From Chlamydiota bacterium (GTDB lineage: Bacteria; Chlamydiota; Chlamydiia; Chlamydiales; Rhabdochlamydiaceae): a DNA stretch of 64,000 nt. The position numbers and the translations under genes are program-made. The first letter of the stretch is position 1. Each line of letters opens with the position of its first letter. The notes under the pieces are model-generated. The model was not told the origin of the DNA. It ran no database searches and saw nothing but the letters and a program-made list of their open reading frames with translations. Below are positions 1 to 10,100 of this stretch, piece after piece. The stretch spans positions 67,390 through 131,389 of the forward strand of contig JAZKBL010000012.1 of assembly GCA_040388665.1 (NCBI GenBank), written 5' to 3'.

Positions 1-212
1 CTAAATTCCATTTATTTATTAAAATTATTTTTTTTGGCGCCTCTAAAATCGATTTTTTTTAGCCATGTATTCATACATTGTCTTCAAAAATCGATTTCAG
101 ATCCATCCAAAAAATTTCAATTTTTCCAAACAAAGCGAATTTCAAAGGAGGTCTATTCTGAAAAGCAAAAACATGTTTCTAAGATTTGACCTAATCTTTT
201 ATGCTTTAAAGC

Positions 213-1421
213 ATGAGCCTATCCCACTTCTCTAGAATTATCAAAGCCTTAAAGCATCGAGGAATTCAGGTCGTCCTTGTACTTGCCCTTTATCTTTTCC
301 TAGCCCCTAGCTTATCACAACCAGTTCATCAAGGATTCTATACAATCAGTTTACTGATCAAGGATCTTCTTATTTGGCTGCTTCCTATCACGATTGGGTT
401 CTTTATTGCAGATGCTGTCTCTTCTTTTCAAAGCAGAGCGCCTCTTTTTGTGTGCACTCTCATTGTTTTTGAAGCTTTATCAAATTTAAGTAGCGTATGG
501 TATGCTTATGCTGGGGGACATGTTGTTTCACACCTATTACCCCCCATCCAGCATTTTGATATCCACTCTGATTTTACCGTTTTATGGCGCATTCCTTTGA
601 TTAAACCCTTTTGGTGGTCTCCTGAAAAAGGAGCGCTTCTAGGCCTAGGCCTAGGCTGCATTGGAGCTATAACCCAAAACAAGTTGTTGCATCAAATCAT
701 TCAAATAGGAAAAGAAAAAGCTCAATGGATACTTACTCGTATCTTTTCTAAACTTATTCCTCTATTTGTGTTGGGTTTCATAGCAAGGATGTATCAAACC
801 AACCTTTTGCAGCAAATGTTCGCTCATTATGGAACTCTTCTTCTTTTTCTCATTGCCTTGTTAGGATTATACCTTTTTTCCCTCTTCTTTGTAGGAAATC
901 ACTGTTCTCCGAAAAAAACTGTTAAAGCAATGAACAACATTCTACCTGCCGGGATGATCGCTTTTTCTTCAGGCTGTAGTCTCTCAACAATGCCCTGGAC
1001 GATTGCAGGGACAGCTAAAAATTTAAAAAATCCAGAACTTGCGCAAGCTGTGATCCCGGCAACAACAAACATCCAACAGATTGGGGATTGTATTGCTAAC
1101 ACCTTTTTATGTTTTTTGATTTATCAACACTTCTACGGGCATCCACCAGATGCTTTGATGTGGGTAAGCTTTAGTATTGTTTTTGTTATTGCTAGATTTG
1201 CAACTGCAGCCATGCTTGGAGGCGCGATTTTTATTATGCTTCCTATCTATGAATCCCATCTTTCATTTAACGCAGAAATGATCGCAATCATCCTTGCATT
1301 CAATGTGATTCTAGACCCGATTATTACATCGTGCAACGTGATTGCAAATGGCGCTTTATGTCAAATCTTTGAAAAATTTTGGAATACTCTCTCAGAACGC
1401 GTTTATACAAAAAAGATTTAA
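213..1421 (+). CDS. dicarboxylate/amino acid:cation symporter (DAACS, GltP/TcyP-like) family transporter
   Basis: 402-aa polytopic membrane ORF. 'FSSGCSLSTMP' and 'TTNIQQIGD' resemble the 'SSSxxLP' hairpin and 'NMDG' signature regions of glutamate/dicarboxylate symporters. Confidence 0.65.
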   Translation: MSLSHFSRIIKALKHRGIQVVLVLALYLFLAPSLSQPVHQGFYTISLLIKDLLIWLLPITIGFFIADAVSSFQSRAPLFVCTLIVFEALSNLSSVWYAYAGGHVVSHLLPPIQHFDIHSDFTVLWRIPLIKPFWWSPEKGALLGLGLGCIGAITQNKLLHQIIQIGKEKAQWILTRIFSKLIPLFVLGFIARMYQTNLLQQMFAHYGTLLLFLIALLGLYLFSLFFVGNHCSPKKTVKAMNNILPAGMIAFSSGCSLSTMPWTIAGTAKNLKNPELAQAVIPATTNIQQIGDCIANTFLCFLIYQHFYGHPPDALMWVSFSIVFVIARFATAAMLGGAIFIMLPIYESHLSFNAEMIAIILAFNVILDPIITSCNVIANGALCQIFEKFWNTLSERVYTKKI

Positions 1422-2107
1422 TCAACGATTGAATATCCATACCGATAAGCCATTCCTCGGAGCCGCTTAAATAGCGCCTTAGGAAGAGCTTTTTGTAATT
1501 TAGCCCAAGTTATTTTATTCGAAGTAGGCGCCCATGTATTAATATTACAAGGCAACATATCAAAAACTGCCGAATCAAAAGGGATCTTTAGCCGCAGCTC
1601 AAATTCAGAAAGAACAAAAGGAAGGTCTTCAATACGATACCGCCATTCTGCTACTTTCTCCGCTTTTAAATTCCAGTAATACCAATATTTAGCACACTGG
1701 ACAAGTAGCGAATCACGACGGGAAATTTCAGGAACGTGCAGCCGAATAAATACCCATTCCCAGCTTTTTAAATTACTTACGTTGATCATCCAAGAAGTGA
1801 TCACATGTAAGGGATGTCTTACCTGATGAAATACATGTTCAAATTGAGTGCTTTCTAAAATAGGCTCGGGAGGAAAGTAAATGCCGCCAAGAGCAAACCA
1901 AGAAGCGCACCCATCAGATCCTGTAGAACGCTCATGAATAACGTCCAACCCAGATAACTGAAAGAAACGCGTGATGTATGTGGTGCCGCTGCGGCCACAG
2001 CCAACAACAAGAATTTTTTTTGTACAAGGCTCGGCCGCCGTTTCTTCAACAGAGTGAAGATTAAAGGCGGCCAAGATGATTAAGGCAATGCTAATTTTAA
2101 ATCCCAT
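1418..2107 (-). CDS. sulfotransferase-family protein with N-terminal signal peptide
   Basis: 229 aa. Hydrophobic N-terminus, then 'VVGCGRSGTTYITRFF', which resembles the PAPS 5'-phosphosulfate-binding loop (xRSGTT) of sulfotransferases. Confidence 0.5.
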   Translation of the reverse strand: MGFKISIALIILAAFNLHSVEETAAEPCTKKILVVGCGRSGTTYITRFFQLSGLDVIHERSTGSDGCASWFALGGIYFPPEPILESTQFEHVFHQVRHPLHVITSWMINVSNLKSWEWVFIRLHVPEISRRDSLLVQCAKYWYYWNLKAEKVAEWRYRIEDLPFVLSEFELRLKIPFDSAVFDMLPCNINTWAPTSNKITWAKLQKALPKALFKRLRGMAYRYGYSIVD

Positions 2108-2122
2108 AGACTTCCTATGGAA

Positions 2123-3544
2123 TTAATACTTAGCAGCATTGCTCTTTTTAAACGATGATTTTTTTGATTTAAAAGCGAATGGCTTTGGATTCTGAGGGGA
2201 TTTTTTAAATGAATTACCTTCAGAACTCTTCTTAAATGGTCTGCTATCTTGACCAAACTTTTTTTCTTGGCCAAATCTCTTTTCAGGACCACCAAAACTT
2301 TTTTCTGAACCGAAGCTATCTTGACTATTTCTTCTTTCTGAACCGCCTCTTCTTTCTTGACCAAATCTTTTTTGTTGCCATTGAGGCTTTGCTCTTCCAA
2401 AACCTTGCTTTCTCGACGGCCCATTTTCTTGAGAAAAGCCTTTATGCTCTTCTTTGGGAGCGCCGGGATTAAGCATTCTTGTGATAGCTCTCCACTTGCC
2501 CGTCTCTTTTGGAGATACAAAAGAAAGAGCAAACCCTTCAGCTTCAGCTCTACCAGTTCTTCCAATACGGTGAATATAATCTTCAGGACACTCAGGCAAA
2601 TCATAGTTAATGACATGCATCACGTGAGGAATGTCTAATCCACGCGCGGCTACATCCGTTGCAACCATGACGCGTGTCTTATTAATTCTAAAAAATTGAA
2701 TTGCCCTCTCTCTTCGTCTTTGCGGCAAGTCCCCATGCATTGTATCTACGCTAAGACCTTCTTCTTTAAGGTCATTGCACAAGTTAACGGCCCGAATTTT
2801 TGTTCTAACAAAAACGATAACAGACCCCTCTCTGTCTTGAAGCTGCTGCAACAGTTGCGGCCATTTCTCTCCATCAGAAATATAAAGAGTTTCTTGCTTA
2901 ATCTTAGGAGCTGGTTTTAATGTTGTATCGATACAGACCCGCTTAGGATTGTTAAGATATTTTTTTGACAATTTTTCAATAGGCGGAAGCAATGTAGCGG
3001 AAAACATGAGTGTTTGGCGTTCCTGAGGTAAATACTCTGCAATCTTATCTAATTGTATGCCAAATCCCATATCCATCATGCGGTCAGCTTCATCGATAAC
3101 AAGAAAACGCGTAGAGTTTAAAGAAAGGCTCCCGCGCATCAAATGATCTGTTACCCTGCCTGGAGTACCTATAATCAACTGAGGGCGTCTCTTTAAATCA
3201 GAAAGCTGTCTAAAAATAGGAGCGCCCCCAATGAGCAATACAGTCTTAAGTACAGAAGATTTTCCAAATATTTGATTTAACGCCTGCTGGATCTGCATAG
3301 CGAGCTCTCTTGTAGGTGCTAAAATAAGAGCGGTTTCTTGAGGAGCGCTGCTTAACTTCATGATTAGAGGAATCAAGTAAGCAATCGTCTTACCCGTTCC
3401 TGTTTGCGCTGATACTAAAACGTCTGAGCCTGTCAATGCAATTGGAATAGTTTCTCTTTGAACAGGAGTCGGTGTAACCACCTTCATACGTTCTAAGGCA
3501 TTAATTAAATCAGCAGATAATCCAAAACTTTCAAAATTCGTCAT
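2123..3544 (-). CDS. DEAD-box ATP-dependent RNA helicase with basic FGQE/K-rich C-terminal tail
   Basis: Motifs AQTGTGKT (I), PTRELA (Ia), VIDEADRM (II, DEAD), SAT (III) and HRIGRTGRA (VI), all in canonical order. Confidence 0.95.
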   Translation of the reverse strand: MTNFESFGLSADLINALERMKVVTPTPVQRETIPIALTGSDVLVSAQTGTGKTIAYLIPLIMKLSSAPQETALILAPTRELAMQIQQALNQIFGKSSVLKTVLLIGGAPIFRQLSDLKRRPQLIIGTPGRVTDHLMRGSLSLNSTRFLVIDEADRMMDMGFGIQLDKIAEYLPQERQTLMFSATLLPPIEKLSKKYLNNPKRVCIDTTLKPAPKIKQETLYISDGEKWPQLLQQLQDREGSVIVFVRTKIRAVNLCNDLKEEGLSVDTMHGDLPQRRRERAIQFFRINKTRVMVATDVAARGLDIPHVMHVINYDLPECPEDYIHRIGRTGRAEAEGFALSFVSPKETGKWRAITRMLNPGAPKEEHKGFSQENGPSRKQGFGRAKPQWQQKRFGQERRGGSERRNSQDSFGSEKSFGGPEKRFGQEKKFGQDSRPFKKSSEGNSFKKSPQNPKPFAFKSKKSSFKKSNAAKY

Positions 3545-3814
3545 TTAAATCCTTTTTATAGTTTTCTCTGACACTAATGATCCAAATTAGATCAAAGAAC
3601 GATTTTAAAGGACGTCTTTTGCGTATCAAAGATGAATTTTTTAATTCGAGATTACCTTAACATAATCAAACTCTGAATGCACGCCTTTTCCTTCAAACAA
3701 AGTAAATTAGCTGATTCTCTCATAGGAAAATAATACTATATTTTTTTATAAAATAGAGGCCTAGACAAAAAAACCAAAAAAGCATAAGCTCCAATTTCAC
3801 ACCTAGGAGTATTT

Positions 3815-4942
3815 TTGAAGAATTCTAATTTTAATTGGGTACCAGGATTATTCCTCATTACCTACCATCTTGTTCTGCTAGTAGTCCTTCCACTATATGT
3901 TATACAGAATGGATTTCCTTGGAAGTTGGCTCTTCTTTCTTTTCTCTTGGTTTATGTTACGGGCATAAGCGTGACAGCCGGCTATCATCGCCTCTATTCC
4001 CATTTAACCTATAAGATCAATCCTGTTGTTGAAGGGTTCCTACTCTTTTTTTCAACAATGGCGACACAGGGAAGCGCCTTGCGCTGGGCCTACGATCATC
4101 GTTGCCACCATGCATTTCTGGATACAGATAGAGATCCTCATTCAATTAAAAGAGGTTTTTGGCATGCTCACTTCTTGTGGCTATTTGAAAAACCAAAGCC
4201 TATCGAAAACAAAGTTGTGGCCGATCTACTAAGAAATCCCCTCGTTCGTTTTCAGCACCGTTTCTACCCCGTTCTTATGCTTCTCACTAACACCGTATTC
4301 TTCCTTTTTGTTGGCTGGTGCTTTAATAACTACTGGGGAGCTTTTGTTTTTGCTTGGTTATTTAGAACATTTCTCCTCCACCACTTCACATGGTTTATCA
4401 ATTCTCTTGCACACACTTGGGGCTCTCGTCCATTCTCTCAAGAGATCTCCGCTTTTGACAACTATGTCCTCTGCCTCTTGACATTCGGAGAAGGGTACCA
4501 TAACTACCACCACATGTTCGCTTACGATTACCGTAACGGCATTCGCTGGTACCACTTTGATCCAACTAAATGGCTCATTTGGACCCTACATAAATGCAAA
4601 CTTGCTTATCAGCTAAGAAAAGTGCCTGCTTATCTTATCCAGGAAACACTTCTTTTAGAAAGAAAGCAGCTCCTTATGGAAAAAATTCAGACGCGCCTAA
4701 GCTCTCAAAAAGAAGAGTGGGAAGAAAAAATTACAGCTCTAATTGAAACTGTTCTTGGCAAAGCAAAACAAGTCAAAGAACTCAACGATCAGTACTACGC
4801 TCTTAAAAAAGAAAAAATCAAAGAAAAAGGATGTCTACGGGATTTGAACCTGCAGATTAAAGCCTTAAACAAATCTCTTAAAGAAGAGTACCGCCGCTGG
4901 ATTGCTCTTTATCGACACGTTAACACAATCGCTTCACATTAA
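3815..4942 (+). CDS. acyl-CoA/acyl-lipid Delta9-type fatty acid desaturase with about 100-aa coiled-coil C-terminal extension
   Basis: Three histidine boxes (HRLYSH, HRCHH, HNYHH) with intervening TM segments. TTG start as given by the ORF track. Confidence 0.85.
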   Translation: MKNSNFNWVPGLFLITYHLVLLVVLPLYVIQNGFPWKLALLSFLLVYVTGISVTAGYHRLYSHLTYKINPVVEGFLLFFSTMATQGSALRWAYDHRCHHAFLDTDRDPHSIKRGFWHAHFLWLFEKPKPIENKVVADLLRNPLVRFQHRFYPVLMLLTNTVFFLFVGWCFNNYWGAFVFAWLFRTFLLHHFTWFINSLAHTWGSRPFSQEISAFDNYVLCLLTFGEGYHNYHHMFAYDYRNGIRWYHFDPTKWLIWTLHKCKLAYQLRKVPAYLIQETLLLERKQLLMEKIQTRLSSQKEEWEEKITALIETVLGKAKQVKELNDQYYALKKEKIKEKGCLRDLNLQIKALNKSLKEEYRRWIALYRHVNTIASH

Positions 4943-4950
4943 TTCATGGA

Positions 4951-4977
4951 CACGGAACGCATTTCCTGCGTTCCGTG
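4951..4977. terminator. perfect 11-bp stem hairpin between convergent genes
   Basis: cacggaacgca (4951-4961), 5-nt loop tttcc, then tgcgttccgtg (4967-4977). It lies between the stops of the desaturase (+) and the hydrolase (-). No U-tract on either strand. Confidence 0.45.
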
Positions 4978-4989
4978 CCAACCTGTTAT

Positions 4990-6030
4990 CTAATAAAAAA
5001 ATTCATGAATGCGCTCTCGAACAAGCGTGTTTGAGTGCCCTTGAAAATCTGTAACATGGCCATGCATATTAGACAGCTTAATTGCAAAAAAATCGACAAC
5101 CTTCTGAACTCCCTGATATAAAGTAGCCCCTGCTTTATAAGGAATCATCTGATCTTTTTCTGCATAAATAACGCATTTATTTTTTGTCTTCAATTTTTTG
5201 AAAGCTGATTCAGCATTTATTTCTAAACCTGTTAAGTGAACAGCTGCCCGAACAAAAAAATCGGGAACATTTAAAATCACCCACTTAATAACACGTCCAC
5301 GCACACTTGTTTTCTGATTAGGCATTTTCCTTATTGTCTCTTTGATCAAAGAAACATATGCGACGGCAAGTGTACTAAGACTACTAAAAGAGCGATCGCT
5401 AATCAGTTTTACAGCATCCTTCCCATATCTACTTTCGATATAAGAGGCGCCAATGGTTGCAGCAGCACCGCCAATTGAAAACCCGTAAAGAAGAACGTTT
5501 TCTTTAGCAACGTTTAACTTTTTAACCGCATATTCAAAAGCGCTATAGACAGGAAGAGCTAAACTTTCTTCTAAATTAAGACCATTTGCAGCTGGGAAAC
5601 CCTTACTTCCGGCAACTCCAGGATAATTGACAGCCAAAACCGAAGCACCCGATCCTTTAAGTACTCTTGGAAGATATTTCTTAGAAGGAAGCCCGCCATT
5701 TCCGCTACAATAAATCACCAATTTATCAGAATGTTTCAGTCTTTGACAAAATAAGCCCTCAATTTTTTTACCATTGGCCATTTTAAATGATCCGCGATAT
5801 TTTTTATTAACCCGACACCCTTCAAAAGAATTAATTGCAGGAAGTAGTAAATTTTTTATTGCATAAGGACGAATCACATGATGATTAAGAAGCCGTGCAA
5901 CACCTACAGGAAAACACACGAGAGAAAAAACATTCCACGCACAGTTAAAAATTTTAGTTGCACATGTTGGCTCTATTGTCTTTGGCCATGATGCACAATA
6001 AATAGAATTATTGACTGCTAATGATGTCAT
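4990..6030 (-). CDS. alpha/beta-hydrolase fold protein (serine hydrolase/lipase-like) with N-terminal hydrophobic segment
   Basis: Nucleophile elbow 'GFSIGG' (GxSxG) in an alpha/beta-hydrolase-like context. One N-terminal TM-like stretch. Confidence 0.6.
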   Translation of the reverse strand: MTSLAVNNSIYCASWPKTIEPTCATKIFNCAWNVFSLVCFPVGVARLLNHHVIRPYAIKNLLLPAINSFEGCRVNKKYRGSFKMANGKKIEGLFCQRLKHSDKLVIYCSGNGGLPSKKYLPRVLKGSGASVLAVNYPGVAGSKGFPAANGLNLEESLALPVYSAFEYAVKKLNVAKENVLLYGFSIGGAAATIGASYIESRYGKDAVKLISDRSFSSLSTLAVAYVSLIKETIRKMPNQKTSVRGRVIKWVILNVPDFFVRAAVHLTGLEINAESAFKKLKTKNKCVIYAEKDQMIPYKAGATLYQGVQKVVDFFAIKLSNMHGHVTDFQGHSNTLVRERIHEFFY

Positions 6031-6161
6031 ATGCGCTACATTTTACCATGAGCTAAGAAATTAATACACAAAATCCGATCACCTCTTAACCACCTGATAT
6101 TATTCGACTTACATTAAAATAAATATTGAATAAAATTTCATTTTTTCGATAGACTTGTTTT

Positions 6162-7043
6162 ATGATTATAGGTGCCGCTCCTCCAGCACAGATCTCCTAT
6201 GAAAAAGATAGACAGATCTTAAAAGAGCACTTCACTCTCTTTTATGAAATTCTTGCAAAAGGAGAATTTAGCCCTCAGACATGCTTCGAGAACACAGGTG
6301 AAGTTAAACGCGTTATTTCCGGAATCCCTTTTCCTCATCATAACGCGATCCTTAAACACCCTCAAAAAAATCAATCTTGGGACGATTGCATTAACCAGCA
6401 GATCCAATTTTTTCAAACGGCAAAAACGCCCTTCGTCTGGTACGTTGACGAAAAGTCCGATCTCGAACTTCAAAAGAAGTTGCGTGACCGAGGTTTTAAA
6501 AGCGACGACGTATTCCAAGGCGTCATAGGAGTCTTAGATCCTTCGCTGTCGTCTCCTATCATTCCCGACGGTTGGTCCATACATCTGATTAAAGACGAAA
6601 CAGAACTAGAAGAATTTCAGCACCTCATCAATACCACGTTTTCTTTAGACAAAAAAATTGGAGAGCTTTACCGCAAAGCAATGTGGATAGGCGCTACCTC
6701 TAACTCCCCCAAAATGTTTCATTGGATCGCTCGTCATGAAAAAAAAGCAGTATCGGTTCTGACAACACTTGTTATGGGAGATCAAGTCAGTTTCTGGAAT
6801 AGCGCTTCATTACCAGAGTATCGCCGCCAGGGATTTAGTTCAGCACTGCGCCGTTTTGCTCTTCATGATGCTGTTTCTAAAGGATGTAGAATCGGGATGT
6901 CCTATTTACTTTCAGATGGACTGTCTCTTGGAATTTGCCGTCAGCTCGGATATGAGCCTAGATGGCGCTACCGAGCTTTCATCTCTCCGGAAAGCCTCAG
7001 CGAGGACGTTCAAAAACAAGAAACGCAAAACAATTCTATTTAA
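6162..7043 (+). CDS. GNAT-family N-acetyltransferase
   Basis: C-terminal 'YRRQGFSSALRRFAL' matches the acetyl-CoA-binding R/Q-x-x-G-x-G/A motif of GNATs. Confidence 0.6.
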   Translation: MIIGAAPPAQISYEKDRQILKEHFTLFYEILAKGEFSPQTCFENTGEVKRVISGIPFPHHNAILKHPQKNQSWDDCINQQIQFFQTAKTPFVWYVDEKSDLELQKKLRDRGFKSDDVFQGVIGVLDPSLSSPIIPDGWSIHLIKDETELEEFQHLINTTFSLDKKIGELYRKAMWIGATSNSPKMFHWIARHEKKAVSVLTTLVMGDQVSFWNSASLPEYRRQGFSSALRRFALHDAVSKGCRIGMSYLLSDGLSLGICRQLGYEPRWRYRAFISPESLSEDVQKQETQNNSI

Positions 7044-7052
7044 CTTTGTAAG

Positions 7053-7727
7053 TTATTTGAGAAATTCTACCTCTCCTGAGTGGAAATTATAATAGCCACC
7101 CTTAATAAGTAATGCGCCCTTATCTATACGTTGTTTCAGAGCTGGATTTTTCTGTAATTCAGCAGTGACCATCGACACATTTTCCTTAATTGTATTTTCT
7201 AATCGATCTCCAGGCGCTTTTTCTGTTTTTTTCACAGCAGGTTCTATTAAAGACGCAATAGGTTCAATGTCTTTACTCTTTCCTTCTAAGACAGCACCTA
7301 CTGCCCCACAATTTTCATGTCCTAAGACAACGACTAAGGACGAATGAAGGTAAAGCACTGAGTATTCAAGACTCGCAAGTTCAATCGGTCCAACAACATT
7401 GCCCGCAACACGAACAATAAAAAGATCCCCAATTCCTTGATCAAAAAGAATTTCGGGCGATACTCGAGAATCTGAACATCCCAAAATAGCGGCAAAAGGT
7501 TCTTGTTTTGCAGCTGTCTCTTCTCGCCGTTCTGCAGTACGGTCAGGATGAATAGATTGATCGGACACAAATCTCTTGTTACCGTCTGTTAGCCTATTAA
7601 AAGCTGTTTCTGGATTCATTTCAGCTTGAATGCAGCTACTTATAGATAAAATCAATAAAGTTGCAAACTTAACAATTTTCACACCCCACCCCTTGATATT
7701 TGACAATGAATAACACTCTATACCCAA
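7053..7727 (-). CDS. beta-class carbonic anhydrase, exported
   Basis: 'GCSDSRV' and 'GHENCGAV' zinc-ligand motifs. N-terminal signal-like 'KFATLLILSISSCIQA'. The true start may be internal. Confidence 0.9.
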   Translation of the reverse strand: MGIECYSLSNIKGWGVKIVKFATLLILSISSCIQAEMNPETAFNRLTDGNKRFVSDQSIHPDRTAERREETAAKQEPFAAILGCSDSRVSPEILFDQGIGDLFIVRVAGNVVGPIELASLEYSVLYLHSSLVVVLGHENCGAVGAVLEGKSKDIEPIASLIEPAVKKTEKAPGDRLENTIKENVSMVTAELQKNPALKQRIDKGALLIKGGYYNFHSGEVEFLK

Positions 7728-7858
7728 GTGAATTCAAAAGTTGGAGTTTTGGCAAAGTTGGGGATGCCGGCGTAGCCAAAAAACAATTTTTGAGTTTACT
7801 TGAGTATATGTTAGACAGTATCTTCAAATTAAAAATTTCACAACCCCTGAAAAATACA

Positions 7859-8722
7859 ATGACTCACTTTACGCGCAAAGAACCAAATAACAGGCTGAAG
7901 CCTGTGCTGCTAAAAATAAACAGATCTCTTTTCGTAGGACAGACTTTAGTCTGTGATTTTTTGCGTAAGATAAGTAAGACGAGAATATTTTTCGCTTTAC
8001 TATGCCTACTAAGCATAAAACCTCTTTATACCGAAAACCCTCATGCTATCCAAAAAATGCATCGATCGATCTCTCCTTATTTACTTCCTTCCGATCATCC
8101 CATAAAACCTACTCTAGATCTCATCTTTGCCGCCCCAGGTGTCCTAAAAAATGAAGAAACTCTTCTCAATCAAGGTTTCAATGTTATTACGACGGGTGGA
8201 AGCTATGTCACAATAGCGAGACATCCAGCCGTTCCTGGCTATGTTTTTAAGCTCTATTACGATGAAGAAACACGTATTAAAGACAATACTCCGCATTGGG
8301 AATGGCTAGTAAGACGGTGTATAGGCGCTGAAAAAATCCGCAAAGTCATAAAAAAAAAGAAGTGCCACTACCTGACAGTACCCGACAAATGGTTATATCT
8401 TTTACCTCAAGAATCTTCAGAAAATTTTTCTAGTCAACCCATCTTGTTAATTGCTACAGACATGGAAATTGAAAATGAACACATCACTAAAAAAGCTTGG
8501 AAATATCTCATCACCTTCCAACATCTCGACGAACTTTATGCGATTATAAAGCATGGGTATGGAACCGTTGGCCTTGTTAGAAACATCCCCTATACTAAGA
8601 ACAAAGTATTCGCCTTTACCGATACAGAGTACCCTGTAAGACCACTTAAATTAGAAAGAGTCTATCCTTATCTCTCAAAGGAAATGCAGCGCTACTGGGA
8701 CACCCTCATCAGGCAAAATTAA
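7859..8722 (+). CDS. hypothetical exported protein, possible atypical kinase-like fold
   Basis: The track ORF starts at 7700 and overlaps the divergent CA gene, so it is trimmed to ATG 7859. TTG 7961, just before the signal-like 'RIFFALLCLLSI', is also plausible. 'GGSYVTI..GYVFKLY' and 'NIPYTKNKVFAFTDTE' are reminiscent of APH/choline-kinase-like motifs. Confidence 0.5.
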   Translation: MTHFTRKEPNNRLKPVLLKINRSLFVGQTLVCDFLRKISKTRIFFALLCLLSIKPLYTENPHAIQKMHRSISPYLLPSDHPIKPTLDLIFAAPGVLKNEETLLNQGFNVITTGGSYVTIARHPAVPGYVFKLYYDEETRIKDNTPHWEWLVRRCIGAEKIRKVIKKKKCHYLTVPDKWLYLLPQESSENFSSQPILLIATDMEIENEHITKKAWKYLITFQHLDELYAIIKHGYGTVGLVRNIPYTKNKVFAFTDTEYPVRPLKLERVYPYLSKEMQRYWDTLIRQN

Positions 8723-8770
8723 AACTCAATTGACAAACATATATAAGGTGAGTGTATATACACAAAGAAG

Positions 8771-9259
8771 ATGAAAAAAACAATCGAACGTTATGTCCCC
8801 CTTTTCGTGCTTGTTCTCATTGCGATCTTAGCGGCAATGGCCCTGGTCTATCATACCAAGGGAGGTTTGTTCACCTGGATGCACTTTTTTATGGGTTTTT
8901 TCCTTTGCCAATTCGCAATGCTGAAGCTCTTTAATCTCTCTGGCTTTGTGGATGGATTTTTGATGTACGATCTGATAGCAAAAAAATATAGAGGATATGC
9001 CTACCTCTACCCCTTTATCGAACTGGGGCTCGGATTATCTTATCTCTCTTTTATCCTTCCTCCGGTAACCTATATCATCACCTTATTAGTGATGATAGTA
9101 GGAACCATTGGCGTGATTAAAGCTTTAATGCAGCATTTGGATGTCCGGTGCGCCTGTATGGGCACTCTTTTGAATGTGCCCTTATCAACCGTGACGCTTG
9201 TTGAAGATATCGCCATGGGCCTCATGGCCTGCTGGATGCTATACATCCAAATAACCTAA
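8771..9259 (+). CDS. small polytopic membrane protein (MauE/DoxX-like)
   Basis: 162 aa with 4-5 TM segments. The family call is a weak recollection of MauE/DoxX topology. Confidence 0.45.
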   Translation: MKKTIERYVPLFVLVLIAILAAMALVYHTKGGLFTWMHFFMGFFLCQFAMLKLFNLSGFVDGFLMYDLIAKKYRGYAYLYPFIELGLGLSYLSFILPPVTYIITLLVMIVGTIGVIKALMQHLDVRCACMGTLLNVPLSTVTLVEDIAMGLMACWMLYIQIT

Positions 9260-9369
9260 CAAACTTCAAGGCGGCAATGCTGCTTGCCAAGAATTGCACA
9301 ACAACGTCTTTAAAAACTTAATTGACCAGCTATCTTAATTTCATATATAACCTAAAAAAAGGAGTCTCT

Positions 9370-9699
9370 ATGAACAGAAAAAAAATTTTAGGAGTTGTGC
9401 TTTTAGTTGTGGGTTTTGCTATGTATTTGTTTTCCGTCTACATCATGAATGAAGTGGGCGAAGGAAGAGATAAAATTTCCACTTCTCAGTCTGTTGTCGA
9501 TGCAGGTAAAGGTCTTTTTTCAGAAAACCCTTTTGGCAAAGCAGCCACAGACTCTGCACAAGAAAAACTTGATGAGGGCTCAGAGGAAGCTAGCGCTTAC
9601 GAAAAACTTGCCCACGTACTTCATATTGGCGGAGCTATTCTCATCGTTGTCGGTGCCGGAGTCTTCATTCTTGGGTTTATTAACAGAAACCGTCGATAA
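9370..9699 (+). CDS. small membrane protein (two terminal TM helices)
   Basis: AGGAG at 9360-9364 precedes ATG 9370 (MNRKKILGVV...), so the track ORF start (9322) is trimmed. Confidence 0.5.
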   Translation: MNRKKILGVVLLVVGFAMYLFSVYIMNEVGEGRDKISTSQSVVDAGKGLFSENPFGKAATDSAQEKLDEGSEEASAYEKLAHVLHIGGAILIVVGAGVFILGFINRNRR

Positions 9700-9729
9700 G
9701 ATTTATTCCAAGCTGCCACCTGCCTTTTC

Positions 9730-10053
9730 TCATCCGCACTTGGCAGCTAAAATAAAATCGCTTTCTGTTAACCCATTAATTCTATGCGTCCATAACGATA
9801 TCTTCACTTTCCCATAAGAAAGATAGATGTCTGGATGATGCCCTTCTTTTTCAGCAAGCTCCCCTATCTTGTTTGTAAACTCAAGCGCTTGCTTGAAATC
9901 TTTAAAAAGATACTCCTTTTCAAGATGATGCTCTTCAATCACCTTCCATCCTTCACCGAGTTGTCGATACAACAAAGCTAATGCTTCACCTTTTAAAGGG
10001 GAAGTATCCTTTTTACAGGGAACACATGCTTTTTGAGATAACTTTGATTCCAT
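9730..10053 (-). CDS. phhB: pterin-4-alpha-carbinolamine dehydratase (PCD/DCoH)
   Basis: 107 aa. 'EKEGHHPD' active-site motif and typical length. Confidence 0.85.
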   Translation of the reverse strand: MESKLSQKACVPCKKDTSPLKGEALALLYRQLGEGWKVIEEHHLEKEYLFKDFKQALEFTNKIGELAEKEGHHPDIYLSYGKVKISLWTHRINGLTESDFILAAKCG

Positions 10054-10100
10054 AAAACGTCCTCTAGCCTATAAATATTACACACTGTTAATCTTAAAAC

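Noticed and set aside
95-212. Possible further degenerate copy of the 56751-56915 element upstream of the first gene (patches such as gatccatccaaaaaatttcaa versus gaatccatcaaaaatcaaaa).
   Set aside because: The patches are short, A/T-rich and in an orientation inconsistent with the 16-mer at 213. Only the 16-28 nt terminal match is claimed.
2080-2638. Antisense and alternative-frame ORFs within the DEAD-box helicase gene (2080-2616 -, 2236-2472 +, 2357-2638 +). Similar embedded ORFs occur throughout the window (for example 13173-13628, 17479-17739, 59226-59810).
   Set aside because: All are embedded in genes with unambiguous family motifs. They have low-complexity or biased composition and no start context.
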